Below are positions 1 through 10,878 of a stretch of 64,000 bases of DNA, in pieces. The translations under genes and the position numbers were made by a program. Numbering within the stretch: position 1 is the stretch's first letter; every line of letters begins with the position of its first letter. Under the pieces are notes generated by a model that saw nothing but the letters and a program-made list of their open reading frames with translations, made no database searches and was not told the origin of the DNA. Location of the stretch: positions 1 through 64,000 of the forward strand of contig CAVTET010000007.1 of NCBI GenBank assembly GCA_963733675.1, read 5' to 3'. Source of the DNA: an uncultured Methanosarcinaceae archaeon. Lineage in GTDB: Archaea > Halobacteriota > Methanosarcinia > Methanosarcinales > Methanosarcinaceae.

Positions 1-285
1 TCCCTGCCGGTATGCTTAATATATCATCACAGAGCGAGTCTCTGGATGTAGAGAGTGCATAAGTATAAAAAAAGTGTTGTAGATAAGTCTGCTTAGTAAA
101 TCCCAATTAGAGTAGTATCATTAGGATTTATTAAGCTGGCCTTTGTTAGACTGTATCAAATGCATTAAAAATTTCCAAATCGTTCAGGTGGGAACTTAAT
201 TACTCATGCAAAAAATTGTAATGACGATTTTTTTGTTTTAAATTTTTGAATAGGATCTTAATTATTATTCCCGCTTCTTATGACA

Positions 286-684
286 TTATTCCGTAGTCAC
301 GCCGTCGAATTCTGCTTCATTGGCTTCGGCTTCTTCCTTGGTAGAGCGAATGATTCCATTTTTGTGATGTGGTGGTGAATAAATTGTATAGAGTTTCAGA
401 TAATCCGTTTTCGAAGTGTTGATGATATTATGCTTCGCACCAGTCGGCACCACTACAGCAACTCCGTCACCGATATTATATTCGTTGCCGTCAATAATAC
501 ACTTCCCCTGCCCTTTCTCAAAACGGAAAAACTGGTCGTTTTCTTCATGAACTTCCATTCCGATCTCTTCTCCAGGTTTGAGACTCATAAGTACCAATTG
601 GCTGTGCTTTGAAGTGTAGAGCACCTTTCGAAAATTGCTATTTTCTAAGGTTGCTTCTTCGATATTAGTGGAAAATCCTTTCAT
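286..684 (-). CDS. Cupin domain protein
   Basis: Cupin motifs GEEIGMEVH...DQFFRFEKGQG and VVVPTGAKHNIIN. Confidence 0.85.
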   Translation of the reverse strand: MKGFSTNIEEATLENSNFRKVLYTSKHSQLVLMSLKPGEEIGMEVHEENDQFFRFEKGQGKCIIDGNEYNIGDGVAVVVPTGAKHNIINTSKTDYLKLYTIYSPPHHKNGIIRSTKEEAEANEAEFDGVTTE

Positions 685-902
685 GCATTTAGATAAATGA
701 CTAATTGTATATAATTATTCGCAAGTCAGATATGACCACCGAAGAGCGTGCCAGAGCGACTGAAAAATGAAATAATTTTGGATAATTGTTCCATTTCGCT
801 GTAAAATTTAAATGAATACTTTTTTACGGTAAAAAAATTTATTTATTATCTTAAGGCCTTACGTACCTGAGGTACAAAATAAAATTTCTTTGTTACACTG
901 AT

Positions 903-929
903 GCATAGGTTGCATCACAAAAACTATCT
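903..929. other. 27-bp palindromic 11-5-11 site (dif-like family)
   Basis: GCATAGGTTGC-ATCAC-AAAAACTATCT. Confidence 0.4.
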
Positions 930-1039
930 ACCCGTGATAATAAAAATAGAAGCTTTGTTCGTAAAAACTATTGGTTCTGCATCTTACTTCTTGCAGTGAA
1001 ATAAATGGATAAACAGCTAGTCACATTTTACAAAACCTA

Positions 1040-1387
1040 TTAACTTTTTTGAATTTTTTCGTCAATTTGCAGCTTATTATCCATTTGAGTACCGAAATCG
1101 CCTTCAAAATTATTTTTTGCTCTGTAATACCCAAGGAAGTAACCGATAATTATTGCACCGGTCGCTGCCTGAAGGCCAAAAAGCAGGCTTTCGATTTCAT
1201 CACTCGGAGGTTTCCAGATAGGTTTTGCAATAGGTTTGTAAGCCCCATCTGTAATTTGATCAATAACGCCTGCAGGTTTGTCATCAGCTCCACCATATTC
1301 GGCATGTGTAGTAGAAGACATATAAAAGAACTGGGCTGCAAAAATCAGAATTATAGCAATCACGATAAATTCAAGTTTCCTGCTCAT
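1040..1387 (-). CDS. cbiN: Cobalt ECF transporter component CbiN
   Basis: YGGADD...YKPI..PIWKPPSDEIESLLFGLQAATGA motif; overlaps the cbiM stop. Confidence 0.9.
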   Translation of the reverse strand: MSRKLEFIVIAIILIFAAQFFYMSSTTHAEYGGADDKPAGVIDQITDGAYKPIAKPIWKPPSDEIESLLFGLQAATGAIIIGYFLGYYRAKNNFEGDFGTQMDNKLQIDEKIQKS

Positions 1388-2091
1388 GCAGCAAGCCCCC
1401 TGATTTTGCGAACTAAAGATTCGGTCAATACGTTCATTTCAACAAGGATATCACTCTTAACTTCAATCACGTACTTGAAGAGTAGGGCACTAACAGCGCC
1501 TTCGATGATTGCCAGGGGTATCTGAGTAATTGCGAAGACTTCCAGAAATTTGCTGAATGAACTGAAGAAACCCGCATAATTTAAGAGTCCACCTGCAGGA
1601 AATGCCAAAGCAAGTTCCGTAGAAGTTGTAATATAAGTAGCCCAGTCTCCGAAAGCTGCAGCCAGAAAGACAATTAAATAAAAGTTGATTTTGGCTTTCA
1701 TTCCGGCCTTATAAATTAGGTATGATACCACCGGACCCACGATGCCCATGGAGAATACATTTGCTCCAAGGGTCGTAAGCCCACCATGAGCTAGAAAGAG
1801 AGCTTGGAAAATCAGCACAATCGTCCCAAGAACTGCAGTAATCGCAGGTCCAAAAATGATTGCACCTACCCCTGTTCCTGTAGGGTGGGAACAACTTCCT
1901 GTAACGGAAGGCATTTTCAAAGAGGAAAGTACGAAGATAAATGCACCTGCAACAGCAAGGATAGGTAATATCTCGCGTTTTTTGTTCACTAATTTATTCA
2001 TTTTGTGAACACCATATGCGATTACTGGTATTGATACTGCAAACCATACTATACACCAAAACATCGGTAAAAAGCCTTCCATTATATGCAT
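1384..2091 (-). CDS. cbiM: Cobalt ECF transporter S component CbiM
   Basis: N-terminus MHIMEGFLP, motif PSVTGSCSHPTGTG; GGTGAT RBS before the ATG at 2091. Confidence 0.93.
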   Translation of the reverse strand: MHIMEGFLPMFWCIVWFAVSIPVIAYGVHKMNKLVNKKREILPILAVAGAFIFVLSSLKMPSVTGSCSHPTGTGVGAIIFGPAITAVLGTIVLIFQALFLAHGGLTTLGANVFSMGIVGPVVSYLIYKAGMKAKINFYLIVFLAAAFGDWATYITTSTELALAFPAGGLLNYAGFFSSFSKFLEVFAITQIPLAIIEGAVSALLFKYVIEVKSDILVEMNVLTESLVRKIRGLAA

Positions 2092-2128
2092 AAGATCACC
2101 ATGAAATATCAAGTCAAGTAACTATGCT

Positions 2129-2246
2129 TAAGACTCACATGCTTGAAGTACAAAATCAATCGTAATCGACTATCTAATCTAAATTTGAATTTCAGACAAC
2201 AAATGATTTGATGCGATTGATTTTTCTGTTAACTGTGTGAGTTCTA
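2129..2246. mobile_element. ~120 bp MITE-like element (family with GGACTTA(C/T)GCAGTTGAACTGAAAA-like ends)
   Basis: Ends TAAGACTCAC / GTGAGTTCTA; homologous to 8151-8269 and 23999-24117. Confidence 0.5.
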
Positions 2247-3024
2247 CTATTATCCCAAGTAAAGATTAGTTAAGTTAAATCAAATTTAGTTGTTCTAATC
2301 CTAAATAAAGATTGTTATTTCAAAAAACCAAGTGCGTAAAAAATTATAAAAATAATTTAATGCAATCATTATACTCAATGTAAAATAAATTGTAGATTGG
2401 AACAAGTAAACTTAAATCTGCAGATATATCTCCTAAATACAACTATTTTTTTCTGTACTAAGTAATATAATTTTTAACATTAATATCATGAAATGTGATT
2501 AAATTAAAGAAAAATATTAAATATGAGTTTGTCATACATTCATATGTCTATCCAAAAAATATATGAACACCGGAATATCTGAAATCTATTCATCGAACCT
2601 GGAGTGGTGGAATTTTTGATCCGGAATTGCAGATCGGTGAAAAGTTTCAGGTTTATAAAACAAAATACCTAGTTTAATACCTAATTTTATGGAAGGGTTT
2701 TTCACATCTTACCTTCCATCTACTTCTTTTCAACTCGAACACTAGATCAAAACCCCTACCTAGATTTTAGTTTCTAAGTTATTATTCACTACATATTATA
2801 AATGTTTAATTAAATATAACCAAGTAAGTAGATATATATCTATATTGTCAATTAAATAATAATATATAATTATTTATCTACTTATTCCATTTATTTTTTT
2901 CAAATTAGACTATTCAGGATGGTAACAATTTTTACCGGTGATTTTCCGATTTGGAGTAAATGGGAAAAATAACAGCCTTATAACAATAATACAAAGTGAA
3001 AACAATTTCGGAGTGTATACAAAT

Positions 3025-3306
3025 ATGGGGAAACAAAAATTTGACAGAATGAAAACAGTACTTGGCATTCTCATGGTAGTCTTTGCAGCAGTGCCATTAA
3101 TAACTGTTTCAGCGAGCGCACAGAACTCTAATACTAGTTCTGTTGGACCAATGGGTGGACCTATGGTAGGACCGTTTGGATTTTATCCACCAGCTCCCTA
3201 TGGAGATAGTGGGGATAGTGAGGTAGTCTGTGGACCTTATGGATGCTACTGGAATGAAGCCACAGCATATATCCCGAAGGCTATAATAGCCGATAATGGT
3301 TGGTAA
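3025..3306 (+). CDS. Small secreted Gly/Pro-rich protein
   Basis: GGAGTG RBS, signal peptide MKTVLGILMVVFAAVPLITVSASA, C-terminal EVVCGPYGCYWN. Confidence 0.75.
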   Translation: MGKQKFDRMKTVLGILMVVFAAVPLITVSASAQNSNTSSVGPMGGPMVGPFGFYPPAPYGDSGDSEVVCGPYGCYWNEATAYIPKAIIADNGW

Positions 3307-3639
3307 AAATAAACAGTTATTTCGTCAACGATCTCAACCGCTGACTAATTAAGCATGAAAAGGAAACAACATTTAGTATCTGCTTGTAACCATAAAAATA
3401 AATTGGACTGAAAAAAAAGCTGATTTACTAAAAATTAAATACATCTACGTTTTGCTATACTTTTCAGTTTGTGGGTGTGGATACTAATGAATACAATATT
3501 AAAGGAAAGCTCATGCTTCGAACATATAACATTAAATCCCATACATCAATGGAAAAATAAGAAAAAGACATCTGTTAGTAAAGATATTGGCTTTTCATTA
3601 ATTTCAACGAAGGACAAAATAATAATTGCTGAACGAGAT

Positions 3640-3860
3640 CAAAAATCGGGTGATATTGATAGCCTTAAAGGATATTATTATTGCCCTGGAAAATTAGGTG
3701 ACCAACTCATTTAAATTATGCATGGAGATTACATCTATCAATATGAAATTAACAACAATAAAATATCGATTGTGTAATTAGTGAGATAACTAACCCGATG
3801 CTTTTAAGCTTATTTTTCCTAACTGTTTAACTCGTTTTGCTAATAGACTGACCACTGCGT
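3640..3860. repeat. ~250 bp dispersed non-coding repeat, copy 1
   Basis: TATTGCCCTGGAAAATTAGGTGACCAA...TAACTGTTTAACTCG is shared with 56993-57264 and 63652-63925. Confidence 0.85.
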
Positions 3861-4259
3861 ATTTTTCATTGGGAAGGAAAAGATACAGAATCAACTACAC
3901 TTTGCAGAACTTTCTGTACATTGGCAAAATTAGTGTGTGTAATCACTAATTTTTACTGTATCGCTAAGTGTCTTAACGATATAGTCTTTCATTGCTTGTG
4001 TATGAGTACATTGGAAACCTATGTGGGTGCCCTGAAGTATGCGAGAAGCCAACACAAGTGTTTCAGATCATTGTTTTCACTTCTAATTTTGTCAATTTGA
4101 GGTTTAATGATATTGATTTCTCAGTTCAACCTCATAAGTCCTATATCATAACCAAAGTCCTATATCATAACCAATTTAGTCTCATCTAGCTAGGTTAATT
4201 TATGATTCGACTAGTCAGCAATCGGCGATTAATATCATTGATGAAACGACTATTTGTTT

Positions 4260-4565
4260 TTACCAACCTTGCTCGGCTATGACAGCTTTCGGGATATATG
4301 CTGTGGCTTCATTCCAGTAGCATCCATAAGGTCCACAGACTACCTCGCTATCCCCACTATCTCCATAGGGAGCTGGTGGATAAAATCCTAACCCGGGTCC
4401 CCATCCACCGTAGCCGCCAGGACCATAGCCACCGTGACCATGATTGTCATGACCACTAGAAACATCAGCAGCTGTCACAGTAACAGCTGTCAAGGGCACT
4501 ACTGTAAAGATTACCATGAGAATGCCAAGTACTGTTTTCATTCTGTCAAATTTTTGTTTCCCCAT
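4260..4565 (-). CDS. Small secreted Gly/His-rich protein (paralog of 3025-3306)
   Basis: Near-identical N- and C-termini, different central segment. Confidence 0.75.
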   Translation of the reverse strand: MGKQKFDRMKTVLGILMVIFTVVPLTAVTVTAADVSSGHDNHGHGGYGPGGYGGWGPGLGFYPPAPYGDSGDSEVVCGPYGCYWNEATAYIPKAVIAEQGW

Positions 4566-5463
4566 ATTTGTATACACTCCAAAATTGTTTTCACTTTGCA
4601 TTATTGTTATAAGGCTGTTGTTTTTCGATTTACTTTAAACTAGGAAGTGCATTGGTAAACATTATTAACCAAACAAATCAGCAAGTTCAGTCAACGAAAA
4701 ACAAATCATTCCATTATTATTAATAATATGGTATTTAAAGACATATCTATGCTTATATATAGTTAATTTGGCTATTTTGATGTATATGTTAATAATATAT
4801 GTCGAAATACAACTAAGAAACTAATATTAGGTAGAATAACTTTTGACTAAAATTGGAATACGTAACACAATTTTTAATTTTTATATGATAAAATGCAATA
4901 TAATTAAGGAAAATAGTAAATACAAGTTTATCATAAATTCACATGTTTACCCAAAGGAAATCAAAAACATAATCCCAAAATCTGTGCATCGAACTTGTAA
5001 TGATGAAATTCATCATCCGGAAGTGCAAGTAAGTAAAAAGTTTCAGGTTTTGGGAACAAAATGCCAAGTGTTAAGGAAGGTTTTTATTACTCCTAATCTT
5101 CCTTTTCCTCTTTTTTGAATATATATAACATCAAACTTTTGTTTTAAATTTTAGTTTTAACTCCTCAAAGATTAAACCTTCTTATCCAATCACTATATCA
5201 GCAGGTTTGAGATGAACGCAGACATTTAAATTTTTTAAAGTTCATTCAATTTTATCGAATGAGGTTGTTCTTTATTGGAATATTTTTTATTGCTAGCCTT
5301 GTATCTACAAGATATTCTTTATTATTCAGTACTTCACTTATTTTCATTTCCACATTAACGACATGTTTTAAGTTAGCCTGCATTGCCCTCTCTTTTTGAG
5401 TCTTCTGCAGGTACTCTTTATTAGATATTTGTATAAAAAGTTAAAATGTGATTTTATAAGAAA

Positions 5464-5737
5464 CCGTAACCAGACCGTAACCAGTTACAGACGATTAGAC
5501 AAAAATTAGTAATCAGTAGAGATTATTTCCATTGATAACAAATAAATCCTTTTTATATTCACCTCTAATCATGGTTATCTTTGCACCATAATAAAAGAAG
5601 TAAAGTTGCTTTCTGATCAGACTTTCTTCTTTATTGCCAAAGTATTTCTTTTGATTAACTGGATTTCATGAGATCCAGATATTTTCCAAGAGTTACATTT
5701 TCTTATTGTCCGTAACTTAGTTACGGTTGGGTTACGG
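5464..5737. repeat. Iteron-like CCGTAAC repeats
   Basis: Five copies (5464, 5475, 5710, 5720 rc, 5731 rc) in both orientations. Confidence 0.6.
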
Positions 5738-6379
5738 TCTGAATATCAATCTTACATCCTTACGTCCAGTTGTTTTCTTATTCAACAAAACATTATCAGG
5801 ATACATTTTTCTAGCCTTTTCGAACACATCTTTTTTGACTTTTCGGATATTTTGGATGTCTCCTACTCTATAATCAATTGGTATTTCATTTTTCAAAAAA
5901 TGTACAATTTCTTTGGAACTTATAAATTTACTACCATGCCTTTCTATTACCTCGTTTTTTAAGTGCTCTACAAGTAAATGAGCTCTTATTTCAGTTTTAC
6001 TTGTCAGTATTGGAACAGGTTCAGGAATAGGTTCTCTTGGAACAAGCTCTGTGACATTATCAATTCTCTCTGCTAGTATGGAAAGCTGTTCTGGTATTGT
6101 TATCTCACGTTCTTCATTTTCAAAATTCGAATAATCATTAAGTCCCATTAACGTCTCGACAGCTGCAAGCCTTTTCAAAATTCGTAAATCTGAAGTCGCA
6201 ATTATATTTTCAATATAGTTCCTAAAAAAAGGCTGGATTTCTGGATCTTTCATCAACATAAGAAACTGATTTATTTTTTCAGTTTTAGAAGTCCTGAAAA
6301 TCGATTTAGTGTTCACAGAATCACTCCTTTGGATGTAAGCTCCTGGAATGTTCTGGTATTCATATAGCAAGCGAAACAT
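5732..6379 (-). CDS. Hypothetical protein with probable C-terminal winged-helix (mobile-element relic)
   Basis: 215 aa ORF; C-terminal helical segment then LNKKTTGRKDVRLIF wing; abuts the iterons. Confidence 0.55.
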   Translation of the reverse strand: MFRLLYEYQNIPGAYIQRSDSVNTKSIFRTSKTEKINQFLMLMKDPEIQPFFRNYIENIIATSDLRILKRLAAVETLMGLNDYSNFENEEREITIPEQLSILAERIDNVTELVPREPIPEPVPILTSKTEIRAHLLVEHLKNEVIERHGSKFISSKEIVHFLKNEIPIDYRVGDIQNIRKVKKDVFEKARKMYPDNVLLNKKTTGRKDVRLIFRP

Positions 6380-6599
6380 ATAAAATCTAAGATATCGTAG
6401 TAGCTATTACGCATAGTTATTCCTCTTATAGGGGGATTAGGTCTGGGGCGGTCACCCTGGATCTTTCAATATTGTTTTTTTCTAACTAAATGCAATTTAT
6501 CTATATGTAATCTATTTTTGTTATCTAAATTGAGTACAAAGGATCTCAAATTAGCTTTTTAAATTACTGATTTGTTCATGAAGTATATGGTATCCATGC

Positions 6600-6835
6600 A
6601 TACATAACATGCCTAATACGACTGCTATAATATATCTGATACTCTTATCGAGTCCAGAAAAGCTGTAGTCTGAGAATAGTGGCTTCCAGAGATCTGAAAG
6701 CTTGTCCAGTCTTTGTGACACAAAGCTTATGTTATCCGGAAGCTTTTCTGGTGTATATTAGTCATCTGCAGTGCCTGCTGCAAATGTATATACTAAAGCA
6801 AGTAATTGAGCTCTTTTCGACTCTCTAGTCCTCAT
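6600..6835 (-). pseudogene. Decayed PDGLE/NikN-like gene
   Basis: Homologous to 23537-23761; internal stops. Confidence 0.55.
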
Positions 6836-6893
6836 TTTCTTTCTTGAAAAAATTCAAATCTGGATCATGATGATCCAAAATTTGATAGATGTT

Positions 6894-7217
6894 TTAGTCC
6901 TTGGCCACTTTCTTTCCTATGAAATACAAGAACCCACCACCAACTATCATACCTATTACTGCGGACAGGATGTATCCTGCTGAAGCAACAAGCTTTGAAT
7001 CCTCGAAAGAAGGACCGTTGGGTATATTATAATCTTTCATTGGTGCATGCCATAAATCAGCGAGCTCTTCCAATCCATGTGGCACATACCCAATCTGATC
7101 CATAAGGTCCTTTGATTCCCATTCGCCATATGCAGTGCCTGATGCAATCAAACCTATAGGTACAAAAATCATCAGTACTACCAGACCAATCGCTAAGTTT
7201 CTTGTTAACTTATCCAT
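6894..7217 (-). CDS. PDGLE-domain ECF component (NikN-like)
   Basis: TAYGEW...GYVPHGLEELADLWHAPMKDY; two TM helices; directly after cbiM/nikM. Confidence 0.85.
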   Translation of the reverse strand: MDKLTRNLAIGLVVLMIFVPIGLIASGTAYGEWESKDLMDQIGYVPHGLEELADLWHAPMKDYNIPNGPSFEDSKLVASAGYILSAVIGMIVGGGFLYFIGKKVAKD

Positions 7218-7226
7218 ATTCTCACC

Positions 7227-7946
7227 TCAGGCTATGACTTCCCTCTTCATTTTGTTTATCTCCACTTCAGATTTCTCTCCGTAAAATACAGATGTGTCTG
7301 TTCTCTGGATATAGGCAAAAATAATTGCTGTAATCACTGCTTCAAGAATGCTGAATGCCAAAGCGTGTTCAAGTACCATGGCAGGAACAGTTACGCTCAA
7401 AGAATATGGCATATAAAGTGGAACTCCTTCAGCCGTGTGCTCCAAAATTGGCTGTATCCCTAATTCAATGCCAGCACAGAGCGATGCCAAGGTCAGAGAA
7501 ATCCAGCCAGCAATAGCTGCAGCAATAATTCTCGTAGAGGATGTAATCGCTGAATTTCCACTAATCAACTTATAAGTGTAATAAGCAACAAAGGAGACCA
7601 CCAATCCCATGTTAAAGCAATTAGTGGCTATAGCCGTTATTCCTCCATCACCAAAAATCAGCGCTTGCAATACCAAAGTTACAGAAATAGCTATAAGTGC
7701 TGCCCATGGACCTATGATTATGGCGATAATTCCACCTCCGACGGCATGGCCTGTGCTGCCTCCTGGAATAGGTACGTTGAACATCATTACTACAAATGAA
7801 AAAGCAGCTGATAGCGCTAGCAGAGGAACTTGTCTGGACTTGAGCTCTGCAGTCAGCTTCGTTCCTGCATGGTACCATATAGGGATCATGATAAGCCAAA
7901 ACGCAATATATGTATGCGGCCCTAAATATCCGTCTGGAATGTGCAT
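7227..7946 (-). CDS. cbiM: Ni/Co ECF transporter S component CbiM/NikM
   Basis: MHIPDGYL N-terminus, FNVPIPGGSTGHAVGG motif. Confidence 0.92.
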   Translation of the reverse strand: MHIPDGYLGPHTYIAFWLIMIPIWYHAGTKLTAELKSRQVPLLALSAAFSFVVMMFNVPIPGGSTGHAVGGGIIAIIIGPWAALIAISVTLVLQALIFGDGGITAIATNCFNMGLVVSFVAYYTYKLISGNSAITSSTRIIAAAIAGWISLTLASLCAGIELGIQPILEHTAEGVPLYMPYSLSVTVPAMVLEHALAFSILEAVITAIIFAYIQRTDTSVFYGEKSEVEINKMKREVIA

Positions 7947-8150
7947 TTTTCTCTTTTCCCTCAATTCATTTTCTGTGATTCTAAAACTGAAATCGTTATT
8001 TAGACTAAGTAATTCTTCATGATATTGAAAATTCTCCTTATTCTAAAAACAATTACACTTATTAAAAAAGCCTAAGGAGAGTGTTTTTCGGAAAATACCC
8101 GGTTTATTTAGATATTTAATAATGTGCTTGTTGATTATTTCTAGAAAATG

Positions 8151-8269
8151 TAAGACTCACGCACTTGAAACACAAAATCAAATTCAATAGGCTTTGTGGT
8201 GTAAACTTGGATTTTGGGCAGTTGAATCGTTAATACGATTGGTTTTTCAGTTTAATTGTGTAAGTCCTA
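8151..8269. mobile_element. ~120 bp MITE-like element
   Basis: TAAGACTCACGCAC...TTGTGTAAGTCCTA ends. Confidence 0.5.
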
Positions 8270-8297
8270 GAATGTTTTTAGAATAATAGATTGTTAT

Positions 8298-8325
8298 GTG
8301 TTACATATGTATCTTTTTATATTAC
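8298..8325. promoter_or_regulatory. Candidate NikR operator over the nikM promoter
   Basis: GTGTTA-N16-TATTAC, same geometry as E. coli NikR GTATGA-N16-TCATAC. Confidence 0.6.
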
Positions 8326-9079
8326 ATTTTTGGACGAATTTTAATTTTATTATTAAGTAAAGCTTTATTTTCATCTTATAGATATCCAAGAATGCTTTGT
8401 ATTTGAAATCAAAATATGAATTATAATATTTATTGGGTCCATGAAGAAGGGCGAGAGGCTTTTCCAGATATGTGAATAAAGTAATTCTCATAAAGATAGA
8501 GTAGCAATGTAAAGTTAAAAGAAAAGTAGCCGAGAATACAGATATTGGTCAATTGAAATTAATATAGTAGTCAAACTCCTTGATTTCTCTATATTGTCAT
8601 GTGCTTATAAATAATATATAACCGACTCGTAAAAAAGAGGTTCATCGAAATTCTCATGAGCCTATTTTTTTTCAAGAGAAAATTCTTATGATCAAGTTTG
8701 TTGATTCTATAAGGCATTAGCAGTTTTAAGAAAAAATGCCAAAAAAGATTTCATCGAGTAGCGAACCATAATTTTTCGTGTTCTTTCCGTACAGGTGAAA
8801 TTCCCTACCTGCCTGAATTTACAGGTGAGGAATATCCAGTGCTGCAAAGTTAAATAACAAATTTAGGAGTTTTTTTGTTTTTGTGTCTGTTCGTATAAAC
8901 ATATGTATGTATGATAAACTTGTATTTAATACTTTTTGTAACATTTGTTACATTTAATGTTATGATATTTTAAATTTATAACACATAATCTAAAAAAAAC
9001 ATTATTTAAGAATCGATATTGTAAATCTTTACCCCGAAGGATGGAAAGGACCGTAACTGCTTTCGAAGTTATGTGAAAT

Positions 9080-9540
9080 TCCAGCTTTTCTGTTTACAAT
9101 GTTATTAAAGAACTGGATGGAAAGGTAGTAAAATTCCTTTCAAAACGAATAGAACAAGTGGTCCCTTACTTGCTTATTGATGCTATTCATTTTAAGGCAA
9201 GAGATGGGCTTTACTATGAAAACAAGGCTCGCTCCATTCCAGCAACTATAAAGCGAGCCTTGTTTTCATAGGAACGATGGTTACTGTGAGATCCTTGGAA
9301 CAAGATTAGTGGACACTGAAGACTCTTTGTTTTGGAAAGATCTTTTTGATGATATGAAAGAAAGAGGTTTACGAGTTATTAAGTTAACAGCTTATGATGG
9401 ACACAAAGGGATACAGAAAGCAGTCAACGAATCCTTTCATGAATTAAGCTTGCAGATGTGTCACATACATCTGATAAGACAAGTAGGTGTCAAAGAAACA
9501 AATAGAAGCGGCTGAGAAGTTAAAAGAAGAATTGATAGAG
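9080..9540 (+). mobile_element. IS256-family transposase remnant
   Basis: Fragments PYLLIDAIHFKARDG and MKERGLR..LTAYDGHKGIQKAV...QMCHIHLIR. Confidence 0.8.
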
Positions 9541-10167
9541 CCATAACTTTTTCAGATGTCTGAAATTACTCACCTGTCTGTGAAGAGAGGTGGGAAGTTT
9601 AAGGTTCAAGTATGGAAAGGAAACAACTTATGGCGTTCTGTTCAGCTTTGAATCTTTTCTGAAATCCTTTCTTGTGTATCATCTGTAAAATTTCAAAATT
9701 TTTGGATTATTAAGTTCAATTGGTTTGGCCGAGTAACTGTTCAATAATTCACAGATATAAACTTTTTTTTCGGTGATTAATAACACAAATTTTAATTTTA
9801 ATATCATAAAATAAAATAAAATTAAAGAAAAATGTTAAATACGAGTTTGTCATACATCCATATGAGAATTTCGATAAACCTCCAATCTCAACAAATTGTT
9901 TATACGCACTTTATAACCAACCAGTCAAAAATTGAAATTTATCGAAATCCTCCAGTACTCCAAAAGATATTATTAATTTAAAAAAATCAAATCGTTTCTG
10001 AGATGTGATTGGTCATGTCTATTTGTTGTTGAAAACCGTAAACACAAGATTTTATCTACATTTCCCTCAAAATGAGAGATATACTTAGTTTGCAGATTTG
10101 ATTAATGATTCAAAGACACGATCTGAAATTGTATTATGTGAAAATATATGTAAGGAGATTTTTAAAC

Positions 10168-10386
10168 ATGCATGAAGAAATGTGTGAAGCACATCCAATA
10201 ATGCAGACTGTAATGGCTGAGATGTGGGAACTTCTGACTGAAGAAGAGAGAAAGAAAGTTGCAGTCATGAGAATGGATATGATAATACAATGGATGGAAG
10301 TAAAAATCCATGATATGGAAAAAATGATCGAGCTGAAGAAGAAAGCTATAGCAGACGTTCGAAAGGTCCAGGAAATGCTTAAATAA
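10168..10386 (+). CDS. Small hypothetical coiled-coil protein
   Basis: AGGAG RBS before ATG 10168; helical Met/Glu/Lys-rich sequence. Confidence 0.7.
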   Translation: MHEEMCEAHPIMQTVMAEMWELLTEEERKKVAVMRMDMIIQWMEVKIHDMEKMIELKKKAIADVRKVQEMLK

Positions 10387-10878
10387 AATACGTAAGTTAG
10401 ACAGATACACAATCTCGAAATTTGTTGGTATCTAGATTTTTTACATGGATACCAACATAATTAAAATCATCAGTTACATAACTATCTTTACTATGCTTCA
10501 ATGAACACATTTTGCAGGTTTTTTGTAACTGTCGATTATTGGTCCTTTTTCACTTGCCCACAATTTAATTATCAGAAGAATATAAATAAAAATATAAAAC
10601 TATAATAGGTACACTGCAACTTATTTTTTTTGTAAGTTGGATAGTTACCAAAAATATTTTTTTAAGGAATTTAAAACAAATGGACAGCTTTTTTGTGAAG
10701 TGTTCCAGAGAAAGAAATGATGCAAGCTGTTAATTAATTTGTCATAGATAGTCATAGGTCTAATGCAATTGATTTTTCAGTTTAGACTCGTGAGTCCGAA
10801 TTAAATTACTAGCAGTGGGATTTACCAAGCGGTCTCGTCTGCACCAGTGTTTGTTTGTTGCATTTGCAAAGCTATTGT

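Larger units (their letters stand above)
2755..4835. repeat. Inverted duplication (~2755-3355 vs ~4205-4835) carrying two paralogous secreted-peptide genes
   Basis: Upstream and coding sequences are reverse complements of each other. Confidence 0.85.

Noticed and set aside
2110-2460. Cobalamin riboswitch upstream of cbiM
   Set aside because: No B12-box motifs are visible; the region holds a MITE-like element.
2462-2489. GTAATA-N16-TATCAT as a NikR box for cbiM
   Set aside because: It lies in a promoter block repeated at unrelated loci where the left half-site is not kept.
4136-4173. Short two-copy tandem duplications (also 56886-56925)
   Set aside because: Ordinary slippage duplications with no further structure.
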